The translations under genes and the position numbers were made by a program. The notes beneath the pieces are model-generated. The model saw only the letters and a list, made by a program, of their open reading frames with translations. It ran no database searches and was not told the DNA's origin. A stretch of 64,000 nucleotides of DNA from Rebecca billardiae RCC1528 (Eukaryota > Protista > Haptophyta). Below, in pieces: positions 12,974-23,200 of the stretch. The stretch spans positions 806,001 to 870,000 of the forward strand of contig OZ251222.1 of the NCBI GenBank assembly GCA_965240325.2. Direction: 5' to 3'. Positions within the stretch are counted from its first letter, which is position 1. The number at the start of each line of letters is the position of its first letter.

Positions 12974-13331
12974 ACCCGACCGCCCGACCCGACCCGACCG
13001 CCCGACTGCCACGCCAGTCCGGGGCTAGTCCGGGCCAGTCCGGGCCATGGCCGCCGCGCCGCCGCCGGCGCCAAGACCCCCCCCCCGCCCCCCCCCACCC
13101 GACCGCCCGACCCGACCCGACTGCCCGACTGCCAGTGCCACGCCGCGCCAAGACCCCCCCCCCCCCCACCGACCGCCCGACCCGACCCGACCGCCCGACT
13201 GCCATGCCAGTCCGGGGCTGCCACGCCAGTCCGGGGCTAGTCCGGACCAGTCCGGGCCATGGCCGCCGCGCCGCGCCGCGCCAAGACCCCCCCCCCCCAC
13301 CCGACCGCCCGACCCGACCCGACTGCCCGAC
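12301..13331. repeat. C-rich higher-order tandem array (~185-200 bp period) with poly-C tracts; G-quadruplex-prone on the minus strand
   Basis: Alternating subunits CGCGCCAAGA(C)n-ACCCGACCGCCCGACCCGACCCGAC.. and CAGTCCGGGGCTAGTCCGG; the latter starts at about 12444, 12630, 12818, 13015 and 13227. Confidence 0.95.
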
Positions 13332-13369
13332 TCGGGGCCACGCCCGGCCGCCCGGCCGGGGCACAACGC

Positions 13370-14066
13370 GCGCGCGCCGCGCTGGGTGGACAAACGGGGG
13401 CGTGGCGCGCGCGCGCGCCGTCGCGCGGCCGACGACCTCGGTCGCCAGCGCGCTCGCCGCGCGACCGCGGCGCGCGTGGCCGGGTGCGCACGCCGCGTGC
13501 GGCGCAGCGCGAGGACGGACGGGTCGCCGCGCCGCGCCGCGCGCGCGCCGCGCCGGGTGGACAAATGGGGGCGTGGCGCGCGCGCGCGCGCCGTCGCGCG
13601 GCCGACGACCTCGGTCGCCAGCGCGCTCGCCGCGCGACCGCGGCGCGCGTGGCCGGGTGCGCACGCCGCGGGCGGCGCAGCGCGAGGACGGACGGGTCGC
13701 CGCGCCGCGCAGCGCGCGCGCCGCGCCGGGTGGACAAATGGGGGCGTGGCGCGCGCGCGCGCGCCGTCGCGCGGCTGACGACCTTGGCCGCGCGCGCGGG
13801 CCCCGCGCGCGCGCGCGCGCCGCGCCGGGTGGACAAATGGGGGCGTGGCGCGCGCGCGCGCGCCGTGCGGCCGACGACCTCGGTCGCCAGCGCGCTCGCC
13901 GCGCGACCACGGCGCGCGTGGCCGGACGCGCACGCTGCGGGCGGCGCCGAGCGCGAGGAGACGGGTCGATGCGCCGCGCACGAGCGGCCCGCCCGGCTGA
14001 GCCAACCGTGACTGCCCGCCGCGCCGTGCGCGCGCCTTGTCCGGGTGGACAAATGGGGGCGTGGGG
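13370..14066. repeat. ~170-bp GC-rich tandem array
   Basis: GGGTGGACAAA(C/T)GGGGGCGTGG anchor at about 13384, 13555, 13728, 13827 and 14043; the full units carry ..GGCCGACGACCTCGGTCGCCAGCGCGCTCGCCGCGCGACC.. Confidence 0.92.
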
Positions 14067-14156
14067 GCGCCGGCGCCGCATCATCGTGGGCACGTAGGCG
14101 TTCGACCGCTCAGCCGCGCAGCTTCCAACTCCGATATGTATAATTCTGAATATATA

Positions 14157-15739
14157 ATGACCGCGTTCCGCGGTCCTTTTCCGTAGAACGAACGTAGTTC
14201 AGGGCCCGCGGTGGCGGTGCACCCTCCATCGCAGTCGTCTATTGACAGACCCGGAGTTGCATGCCCGTACAACTAGACTCCAGCGGCGCGCCGCCGCCCG
14301 CCGCGCCGGGCGCGGGCCCATCGCACTTCGCAGCCGCCGGCGCGGCGCCGATTGTGTACAGGCGGATGCGACGAGGCGTGATCGACGCATGAGCGCGACT
14401 CCACGTGCACGCCAGGCCACGCGAAGCTGACAGCCAGGGAGCACGGTGCGGGGCCGCGGATTCGTTCGTTCGGGCCGCTGCTGCTGACTGACCGCTGTGG
14501 CGCTGTCCCGCGGGTCACCGCGCACCGGCAGCGCCAGGATAGTAGATGATTTGCACTGGTCCGAGTAGGGTTCGACCAGCGCCTGCGCGACGGCCGACAG
14601 GCGGGCGCGAGGCGTGATCGACGCATGAGCGCAACTCTACGTGCACGCCAGGCCACGCGGAGCTGACAGCCCGAGGGAGCACGGTGCCGAGGTCGGAGGT
14701 GCGAGCGGGCACCAGTGTCCAGTCACGGATCGTTCGCGCACGCCGCGCGTGCACGGGCTGACACACCTCGATCAGGCTCGGCACGCGTTGCAGAGGCACA
14801 GCCAGCTCTGGGGACGTCACGCACCACCGTCGCCCGCGCAGCTCGTCCTCCTCGTAGAGTACCGTTCAGTTCCGAGGCGTAGCCCTCGCTCAGCGTCGAC
14901 CGTCGACGATGGACTCGGATCGTCGGCGCTCTCCGGAAAGGCATGGCAAGGGCGGCGCGTGGTGAAGTCGAAGACTCAGAGATCGATCAGTCCGGCATCA
15001 GGCGCCGCTGCCCCCGAGCTTGCGAGAGCCCGAATACAGGGCGGCTGCCGCGGCGCGGCCGCCGAGCGCCCCGGCGACCGGGCGCGCGGCCGCGCGCAGG
15101 CATCGACACGGGGCGGCGGGGGCGCGCGGAGTGAGCGGGGGCACGAACGCGATGTCGACGGCAGTCGGGACCCGCCGCAGCCGCGCGCTCCAGGCGCCAC
15201 TCGCCGCGCGCACCTGCCCATCGCCGTCCTCACCCGTCGGTCGCTCGTGGCAATGGCGCCTCCTGAGCTCCTGTCGCCGCAGCCGCGATGTACAAACGCG
15301 GGCCGCACACGCCGCGCGCCGCGCCCCCTCCGGCTCCGACTATACGGATAGCTGCGGCGGGTATTTTCAATCTCTCGCACTATTGGAGTTAGTTGGACGA
15401 TTATGTCAACGGTCGTTCTTGGCATCTTGCAGCGGCGAGGCCATATTATTTTACTATGGTCACACTACATTAAGGGGAGTCTACCCACAATTACCCTGCC
15501 TCGCACAGTTGGGCGCGGGTTTCGTTGATTCCTCTGTTCACTATTCAAGACGGCGGACGCGCCCTTTTTCGACGAGGATGCACCTGTAAGGGAGTCTCAA
15601 AATTCGAAACTCGGTCTCCTCCAGCCCTGAAAATCGTCCCCCGTCCCTTTTTTCTTTGATCAAAGATCTTTTTGAAACGTGGTTCGGGCCCGCTGGTGCG
15701 GGCTCCACGCTGCGCGCTCCGCCCTGCACCGCGGGCCAT
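14157..15739 (-). mobile_element. Non-autonomous hairpin-ended element (same family as 42150-43446), nested in the TIR element
   Basis: 14157 ATGACCGCGTTCCGCGGTCCTTTT.. is the reverse complement of the 3' end of the 42-44 kb copies. 15460-15739 (..GCTCCGCCCTGCACCGCGGGCCAT) is the reverse complement of their 5' ~235 bp. The interior differs and holds a ~60-bp direct repeat (14373 and 14609). Confidence 0.8.
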
Positions 15740-15909
15740 AATGCTGACGTCGTCTGCCCGTCCGCACTGACCACTGTGTGCTGAGGATGCATTCTGACCG
15801 ATACGCGACTGTTACAGTTATTGATTGCCGCGTCGTCGTCCTAACTCTAAACTCAGACTCAGTCTCATTAACAAGTGGCGCGGCCGAGCAGCTAGAGTAG
15901 CTGCAGCAG

Positions 15910-17331
15910 CTAAGTTCCGTCGAAGGCGTCGGAGCAGAGCGCCGCAAACGTCTGGCCAGGGGCGGGCAGCGCCGCGGCGGTGCCGCAGCCGGCCTCACGG
16001 GCGGGCTGCTGCGCGGGGCCGCAGCACCCGCGCGCGCACGCGCCGCTGGGCAGATGGCGGTACGGCAGCCCCCGGAGGCGAACGGCGCGCGCGCCGCGCC
16101 GACCGCCAGCAGCGGCGACGCACACGGGATCACCGCAGCACAGGTCCATGCCGTCGGCGTTGGCGACGTAGTAGACGGTCCTGCTCGCATGCTCGCCGCG
16201 CTTGCGCTCGCACCACCTGCTCGTGGTCGAGCACGTCGCGATGCGGCCGTGCGGCGTGCTCCCTGCGTACACCCGCTGGACGCGCGGCCAGTGCCCGGCG
16301 GCGCCTGCGCCGGCCGCGTGCGCGTCGAGCTGCGCGTTGAGCCACGCGACGAGCGCGCCGCGCCCCGCGGCGCGCGCGCAGAGCGGCGCCTGCGGGTGGG
16401 GCGGCGGGCACGGCGGCGCACGCCGCGCCGCCGCCGGCGCGCCGGGGCGGGCGCTGCCCGCCGCGGCGCTCGCGGCGAACTCGAAGCGCTCGGTGCGCAG
16501 CCGCGTCAGCGCGAGCCAACGCGCCGGCTCGCAGCGCTGCCGCAGGGCGTGCCCGGCCGGCAGCGCCGAGAGCCAGGCGCAGCGCACGACGCCCGAGCCG
16601 TCGGCAGCGACGACGGCGGCGGGCAGGTAGGGCGGGCCGCCGTCCGCCTTGGCCGTGAACGGCAAGCGCAAGCCGGAGCGGTAGATCGACCCATCGACCT
16701 CGGCCTTGGCAAAGAGGGCGCGCACAGGGCTCGCCTGCAGCCGCACGTCCAGCTCCCGCGCGACGCGCTGCGCCTCCGAGGAGCTCAGGACCGCACTGTC
16801 GCCCCAGGTGGCGTGCAGGCCCGCGCGGAACAGGCCAGCGTCGTCCGCGGCGACCCCGAGGCGCGAGGGCGTCGCCGCGCGCGCCGAGACGTGCACGGCG
16901 TGGCCGCGCGCGGGACGGGGCACGCCGTGGAACGCAGCGTCTGCCGCGTCGTAGAGGTCGACGAGCAGCGCGGCGAGGGCGTCGTACGAGGGCATGCGGG
17001 AGAAGCGCAGATCCACGTCGACGCCGAACCGCGCGCGCGCGCCGAACGTCTCGACGACCATGGGCGCGCGCGCGCCAAGCAGCGCGTACGACGACGCGAC
17101 GAGCGCGTCCAGCCGCGGCAGAGAGGCGCTCGGCACGTGCAGCCGACCGCCCACCCTGTGGCCGTCGGCGTCGCGGAGGAACACAATCTCGTGGGTGCAC
17201 GGCTCGTCGCCGCCGGCGCGCGCGCGATTTGCCCCGGCCGGTGGTAGCACGGGCGGCCGGGCGTGGCAGTCCGAGGCAGTCGGGTGGTCGGGTCGGGTCG
17301 GGGGGGGGTCTTGGCGGCGCCCGGCGGCCAT
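15910..17331 (-). CDS. Archaeo-eukaryotic primase / PrimPol of NCLDV-herpesvirus type (A468R-like catalytic domain + UL52-like Zn finger), intronless
   Basis: THEIVF..GGRLHVP N-terminus; motif I RFGVDVD; motif II AGLHATW; motif III EVDGSIYRSGLRLPFTAK; C-terminal SRWCERKRGEHASRTVYYV..CCGDPVC (C-H-C-C Zn finger). The ATG lies inside an inverted copy of the C-rich repeat, so the true start is uncertain. Confidence 0.85.
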   Translation of the reverse strand: MAAGRRQDPPPTRPDHPTASDCHARPPVLPPAGANRARAGGDEPCTHEIVFLRDADGHRVGGRLHVPSASLPRLDALVASSYALLGARAPMVVETFGARARFGVDVDLRFSRMPSYDALAALLVDLYDAADAAFHGVPRPARGHAVHVSARAATPSRLGVAADDAGLFRAGLHATWGDSAVLSSSEAQRVARELDVRLQASPVRALFAKAEVDGSIYRSGLRLPFTAKADGGPPYLPAAVVAADGSGVVRCAWLSALPAGHALRQRCEPARWLALTRLRTERFEFAASAAAGSARPGAPAAARRAPPCPPPHPQAPLCARAAGRGALVAWLNAQLDAHAAGAGAAGHWPRVQRVYAGSTPHGRIATCSTTSRWCERKRGEHASRTVYYVANADGMDLCCGDPVCVAAAGGRRGARAVRLRGLPYRHLPSGACARGCCGPAQQPAREAGCGTAAALPAPGQTFAALCSDAFDGT

Positions 17332-17425
17332 GGCCCGGGCTGGTCCGGACTAGCCCCGGACCGGCGTGGCAGTCGGGCGGTCGGGTCGGGTCGGGCGGGC
17401 CTCGGGTGGGGGGGGGGGTCTTGGC
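17259..17425 (-). repeat. Inverted copy of the 12301-13331 array unit
   Basis: GGCGTGGCAGTC..GGTCGGGTCGGGTCG(G)nTCTTGGC..GGCCATGGCCCGGGCTGGTCCGGACTAGCCCCGGAC. Confidence 0.9.
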
Positions 17426-18152
17426 CCCCTTACGTATCTGCACTCTACTAAAGCGCGACTCGCTCGCTCGGGCCAAAGTGAACGCCCGGACTGCAGTCTG
17501 GGACGGAGGAATTTCAGACTTTTTCGGGACTAAGCACCAGATCGACATCTCCCGCGTGAGGAATCAAAGCGTGGCCAAAGCGTACCCCTGCACCAGATCG
17601 CGCCAAGATAGTATTTACAAGCAACGAACGAACCGGTTTCGTAAGGATCATCGTGCCGAAGTCGATTGATGGAGACACTCAAAGTATGAGTACGCGGACT
17701 CGGCAAAAGTGACCCGGACTAAAAAAATCTGGCGAAATCTGCCTCCTTTCAGACTTTTCGACCCGCTAAGCACCAGATCGACATCTGCCAGATCGACATC
17801 TGCCGCGCTCCCCGGACTGTCCGTGTCCGGACTGTGTGGTTGGGCGCGACGAGCGAAAAGCGATGGCGGGCGTGCCTTGCGCCCCGCGCGCTCAACCTTT
17901 GGGTGATGGCGTGCTCGCGACGTCGGCGTTGTCGGGGCGGTCGAGCCGGCGGGCACAGGGAGGCCGTCGAAGTCGACGAGCGTTCGCTCGCGCGACGCGG
18001 CCGCGGGCGTTCGGATGGTCCAGCCAGCACTCGTCCCAGCGCCGCGGCGTGTCGTCGTGCGTCGGCGTCGGCAGCGGCCGGCCCGCCGCAGAGCACGGCC
18101 AGCTCTGCAGGGACATGCACTGCTCCATGAGCGTCCAGCTGGCATCGGACCA

Positions 18153-18438
18153 TCTCGCTGCACATCCGCTGACGTTCGCCTCGGATGCGGGCCGCGCGCC
18201 GCCGTCGTGCTCGCCCTTCGGCTGCCGGCAAGACAGCGGGACGATGGCAGCTGCATGAGATGACGACGCCGCAGCTCGAGCACGTGCTGGCATCGTACCG
18301 TCTCGCTGCACATCCGCTGACGTTCGCCTCGGATGCGGCCGCGCGCCGCCGCTCGAGCTCGCCCTTCGGCTGCCGGCAAGACAGGGACGATGGCAGCTCA
18401 GCATGAGATGACGATGACGCCGCAGCTCGAGCACGTGC
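18153..18438. repeat. Two-copy ~148-bp tandem repeat
   Basis: TCTCGCTGCACATCCGCTGACGTTCGCCTCGGATGCGG..GCCCTTCGGCTGCCGGCAAGACAG..GCAGCTCGAGCACGTGC at 18153 and 18301. Confidence 0.9.
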
Positions 18439-18536
18439 AGGGCGCGCGGGTGGCTTGCCCACCGCGTGCTATGACCGGCGTTGGCCTTGCCAGCTGCATT
18501 ATCTATGACAACGCGCCGACCTCGAGCGCACGGTCG

Positions 18537-18625
18537 CGCGGGGCCGAACAACACTTTGCAGCACTCTTCCAAGCCGCCTCAGAGGCGGCTTGGAAGAGTG
18601 CTGCAAAGTGTTGTTCGGCCCCGCG
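18537..18625. repeat. Perfect palindrome: 44-bp arms around a single A (18581)
   Basis: CGCGGGGCCGAACAACACTTTGCAGCACTCTTCCAAGCCGCCTC-A-GAGGCGGCTTGGAAGAGTGCTGCAAAGTGTTGTTCGGCCCCGCG. Confidence 0.97.
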
Positions 18626-20207
18626 GCGCCTCACAGCCGGTGGCGAGCGGGGCTCCAAGGTGTCCTTGTCAATGCGGTGGTGCCCGCATGCCAATTTGCC
18701 ATCCTTTGCCCGAAGGTCCTGGCGCCGCCCCACCCGGGACGAGTGGGGCCGAACAACATTTTTAGCAGCACTCTTCCGAGCTGCGCGCCTCACGGCCGTG
18801 ACCCGGAACGCAGGCCGCCCGGCGACCCGGGACGCCGGAGCCGGTCGAGTGATGACTCAGACTTGACAGACATGACTGCCACGGGCGGGGCTCCGAGTTG
18901 CTGCCCTTGTCTGAGTTGTCAATGCGCGGTGGTGCCCGCATGATCGGCTTTGCCCGATGGGCCGGCCGCGCCCGCCCGGGACGAGCGGGGCAGAACAACC
19001 TAGTCCAGAGAACATCTCTGTGAGAGAAAAGGGGGTCTTGGCGCGGCGTGGCACTGGCAGTCGGGCAGTCGGGTCGGGTCGGGCGGTCAGGTGGCCCGCC
19101 AAGCACAGCGGCCGTGGTCGGGTGCCGCCCGCCAGCACGGCGGCCGTGGTCGGGTGGGCCCGACTGCACCGCTCAACAGCTAGGGATGACGAGGAATCGG
19201 GCGTGTCGTGTAACGTCGGCCAATCAGAGCGCGCGCGCGTGCGCGCCCACTTACAGCTTCCCGCACTCTTCCTGGAAACTCCAGATTCCTGCAAAAATGG
19301 CAGGATAGACCGGCACTGGCAGGCTTGTTCTCATCATCTTGTCCAAGACTGCCTGCTAGATGCGCGAGGACGCGTGTGCACGCCTTTCCGCGCGTCATGG
19401 GTGCGCGTGGCACGCAACTTGTCGTCATCTACGCCGAGGAGGCTTAAGCAACCGGCCCACCAACCTGCCGTGACCACGTTCAAATGCAGGCGGCAAGCTG
19501 CATGCGAGCGCACGCAACGGAAACATCTCACGCTCGACAAGGAAGTGGTGGCAGACCGAGTAGAGCTGGAATCATTTGCAGTCCATCTGTTGTTCAACGA
19601 TCCTGGTTCACCAGCTGACACGGGCGCGCCGCAGCCAAGGCATAGTGCTTGCAGCTTGCAGCGCGCCCGCAACTACTGCGGTCTGCCGCCGCGGCGCGGC
19701 GATCGTCACACTGCCGTGCGCTGCGAGTGACCTCTGTGTCATGGCGAAGCAAGCAGCATGTCTTGGCAACACATTTCGCTACAGCTCAGCGCCCTAGTAC
19801 GAACATGCGCCAACGACGTGCCATCACTACTCCGCAATCGCGCCGGCACCCACCACCAGCGGGCAAGCCGCAAGCCGCCATTTTATACCGCGTTTTGGCG
19901 AATGTCGCCGTTGGGCTCTCCTAGAAATAAAACAGGCCAACAGTGAGTGCGAGACTCGTGTCGGCCGGCAAGCGTGAAGCGCCCAGCTGCAGAGCGCGCA
20001 ACGGCCTCAACAAGCGCAGCCATGCGGTCCAAGCGGTCGACCGGAGATCAGTCCAAGCGGCAAGCCCTCCGCGCCGGCACCCCCCCCCCCTCCCCCCCGT
20101 GTTGCCGCGGTCGAGCGATAGGAAATCAATGGCGTGGCCGCATCGTCCCGCGCGCACGTCGCGCTCGGGCGTCTGCTCACGGCCTTGGTTGGATGGCATG
20201 GTGAGTC

Positions 20208-23200
20208 CTAGACGTTCGAGTCCTCCCCGAGCTGGCCTGCCGGGGAGGCGGAGTGCGCCGCCGCCTTGGGCTGCTGCATCTTCGGCGCGCGGTACTTGCG
20301 CACCGCGAGGACGAGGACGGCCAGGAGTGCCAGCGCAGCACCGGCCGCGAGGGCGAGCGGCGGCACGCGCGACCCGAAGCCCTTCTCTCCTGCGAGCAGC
20401 TTGCGACCTCCAACGAGATGACGAGGCTCGCAGCGCCCGTTCAGCCAGCAGATGAAGCGGCCGACCTCCGCGGTCACGAACGCGTCGAAGATCTTCGGCT
20501 GCGCGCGCGCAGTTGCGGAGGGGGCGGCGGCGGCGTTGCGTCAGCGCTCATCCGCGAGCTCCCCCGTGGCTGCGCGATGGCACGGCTCTCGCAGCGACGG
20601 CCGCGCGCTCGGCCGCTCGCTACGCGGTGCGCGCACCGCCCACCGGCACTGCCAGGTGGTACACCCTGGCGTCCCGAGGATCAGCTTGTCGGCGCGGTCG
20701 GCGACCACCTTGTCCTGACGGTCGTAGTAGACCTTGTCGTAGTAGCCGTCGTTGGCGAAGATCACGTCTGCGCCCTTTCCGCCGTAGATGAGGTCGTAGC
20801 CCTTGCCGCCGTAGATGCGATCATCGCCCTCGCCACCTGCGTCGCGGCGGAGAGACGCGCAAGGGAGGTGCGCTGTGAGCGAGCGAGGGCTGGTGCGGCG
20901 TGGCGGGGCGAGGGCAAGCGTGCCTCGCGCGGCGCACCGTAGAGCACGTTGGAGACAGAGCCGACCGACGCGCGGCCGCTGCCGTCGTTGCCGCCGCGGA
21001 GGATGTCGTCACCGTCGCCGCCGCTCAGGTAGTTGGTCGCATCGGGCGCATCCAGACCGGCCCGCGCCGTGCCCGCGTCGCCGCCGATGAGCTCGTCCGC
21101 GCCGGCTCCACCTGCGCGAGGCGAAGCGCGCCGTTGCGCCGAGAGCACGCGCAATGGGTCCGGGCGCACGGTGAGGTGGAGCCTCTGCTCGTGGGACGCG
21201 GTGCCATGTGCAATCGCGCGCCGCCCGGCCGTGCGTCACGCGCACCGTAGAGCTTGTTCTCAACGGCCCCGCCGGTGGCGTCATCGTACAGCTTGCCGGC
21301 CATGCCGCCCTTGACGTAGTCGTCGCCCTCGCCGCCATCGAGAACGTTGGTCACTTCGCCGGCGACACCGCCACGGCCGGCATTGCCCCCGTTGCCGCCG
21401 ACGAGCCGGTCGTCGTCACTGCCGCCGCTCGCCTCGTTGAGCACATCCGCGCCCTCGCTGATGTTGTGAAGCGCGACGAGCAAGTCGGTAACAGGCAGAA
21501 CAACGAAATTGGGGTTGGACTCGAACGGAGAAGGCTTCTCGTCAAACCCGACGCGGTACGGCTCCATGGCGGCGTCCCCGGCGTCTCCACCCTTGATGTA
21601 GTCGGTCCCAGTGCCCCCCTTCATGTAGTTGCTCACGTCACCCGACACTGAATTCACCTCAGCCCACGTGCCGCCGCCGCCGAGGATGGTGTCATCCCCG
21701 TCGCCCCCGCGCATGTGGTTGACGGCGTCACCGGAGAACGTGTTGTCCCTGCGCACGGGCGATGAGGCAGAAGGACCGCCGCAGCCCGTCGAGGCGCGCA
21801 TGGTCAGAGCAGATTGGTGCGATCGGCAGATGGTGGTGCGTGCCAGGCAACGGCGCGCGCAACGCGCAGGGAGCGCACCATGCGAGGCCGGCGTCGCTGC
21901 CTTCCATCCAGTCGTTGCCCGCGCCGCCGTGCATCACGTTGGTCACATCACCGCCCTGCGTGGGCACGCCCATATTGTCCGTGAAATCGGAAGTGGCTCG
22001 AGAGAGCCCCTCCCTGCAGCGGCAACGCGTCGCGCGGTACGGGCGTGGCGCGTACTCAGCGATGAGGGCACGCTCGGGGGGGCGGCACGATCGGAGGGCA
22101 CCCGGTCTCGAGCCAGGAGGCGTTCGCGGCATGGCGCACGTGCCGAGCGGCGCGCACCATCCGAAGCCGGAGTTCCCACCGCGCATGGTGTCGTCACCTG
22201 ACCCGCCCTTCAGCGTGCTGTGCACGTCTCCGCCGCGAGAGGCCGCCCACGCCCAGCCGCCCGCGCCGCCGTGCATGTAATCGTCGCCGGAGCCGCCGTA
22301 GACCTTGTTCACCGCGTCGCCGCCCCGGGTGAAGTCCCACGCCCACCCACCCTCGCCGCCGTACAGCTTGTCGTCGCCGGTGCCGCCGTAGATCTTGTTG
22401 TAGGCATCGCCTCCTCGGCCCGAGATCTCGTACTTGGTATCCTTATCCCACGCCCAGCCTGCCTCGCCGCCCCAGATCTCGTCGTCGCCTGATCCGCCGA
22501 AGAGGTAGTTGTACGCATCGCCGCCGCGTGCTTGGAGATCTGCGCGAAGGCGCAGCGGGGGGGGGCGGCACGTCCCACCGTCATCGCCTCCTCCACTTGC
22601 AGTGCCGCGCCGCAGCAGGCCTCGCCCCGCGCGCGCGCGCACGCGCGCGCACGACGCGCCGGCGCGCGCACAGGCCCAGCCGCCTTGCGCGCCCACGAGG
22701 TAGTCGTTCCCGGCGCCTCCTGCGCGGCGGCGCGTCGCAAGGGGGCACGCGCGTGCATGATCGCATCAGCCACCCGCACCCGCACGAGAGGCATGCGGAT
22801 GGACTGTCGTTGCCCGCGCGCACGCATCGCACGCACGCCGCGCACGGGCACCGCCTCCTGGAGTCCCGGGATGGCGCGGCGCGGCAAGCCGCCCAACGCT
22901 CCGCGGCGAAGGCGCGCACCGTACATGCGCCTCTCAGTGTCGCCACCGGCGGTGTTCAGGCCCGCCGCGTAACCTGCGTACGACTTTCGGACGGAGTCGT
23001 CACCGTCGTATGTCTTGATCAAAACGTAGTTCCGGGGAGCTTCGACGCCGGTGCCCCACGCCGAGATGTCTTTGGTCGGGAAATCGCTGGCATCAAACGA
23101 ATCGTCGCCAGATGTGCCGTACAGCGTGTACTCGTACGGCCCTGTCGCCACCGCCGGCGAAGCCGCTGCCGCCGCGAGCAGAACGGCGAGGAGGGCACTT

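Larger units (their letters stand above)
11759..19938. mobile_element. ~8.2-kb TIR-bounded element carrying a viral-type AEP primase-polymerase, tandem arrays and a nested insertion; no transposase seen
   Basis: Perfect 17-bp inverted ends GGCCTGTTTTATTTCTA (11759-11775) / TAGAAATAAAACAGGCC (19922-19938). Further inverted matches lie inward: ACGGCGACA and CTTGCCCGC..GTGG next to each end; 12057-12080 vs 19275-19298 (22/24); C-rich array 12301-13331 vs G-rich copies 17259-17425 and 19031-19088. No clean TSD. Confidence 0.75.

Noticed and set aside
12301-13331. Possible CRISPR-like array
   Set aside because: Units are contiguous tandem repeats with no unique spacers; eukaryotic context and no cas genes.
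11834-14097. Long Gly/Arg- or Pro-rich ORFs on both strands
   Set aside because: Translations of stop-free GC satellite arrays; no domain content.
18957-19730. 257-aa ORF in the right arm as a candidate transposase of the TIR element
   Set aside because: Partly translated repeat; no DDE, HUH or tyrosine-recombinase motif visible.
11757-19940. Target-site duplication of the TIR element (CAG/CAA if the TIR is taken as 16 bp)
   Set aside because: Only a 2-of-3 match; cannot be distinguished from chance without other copies.
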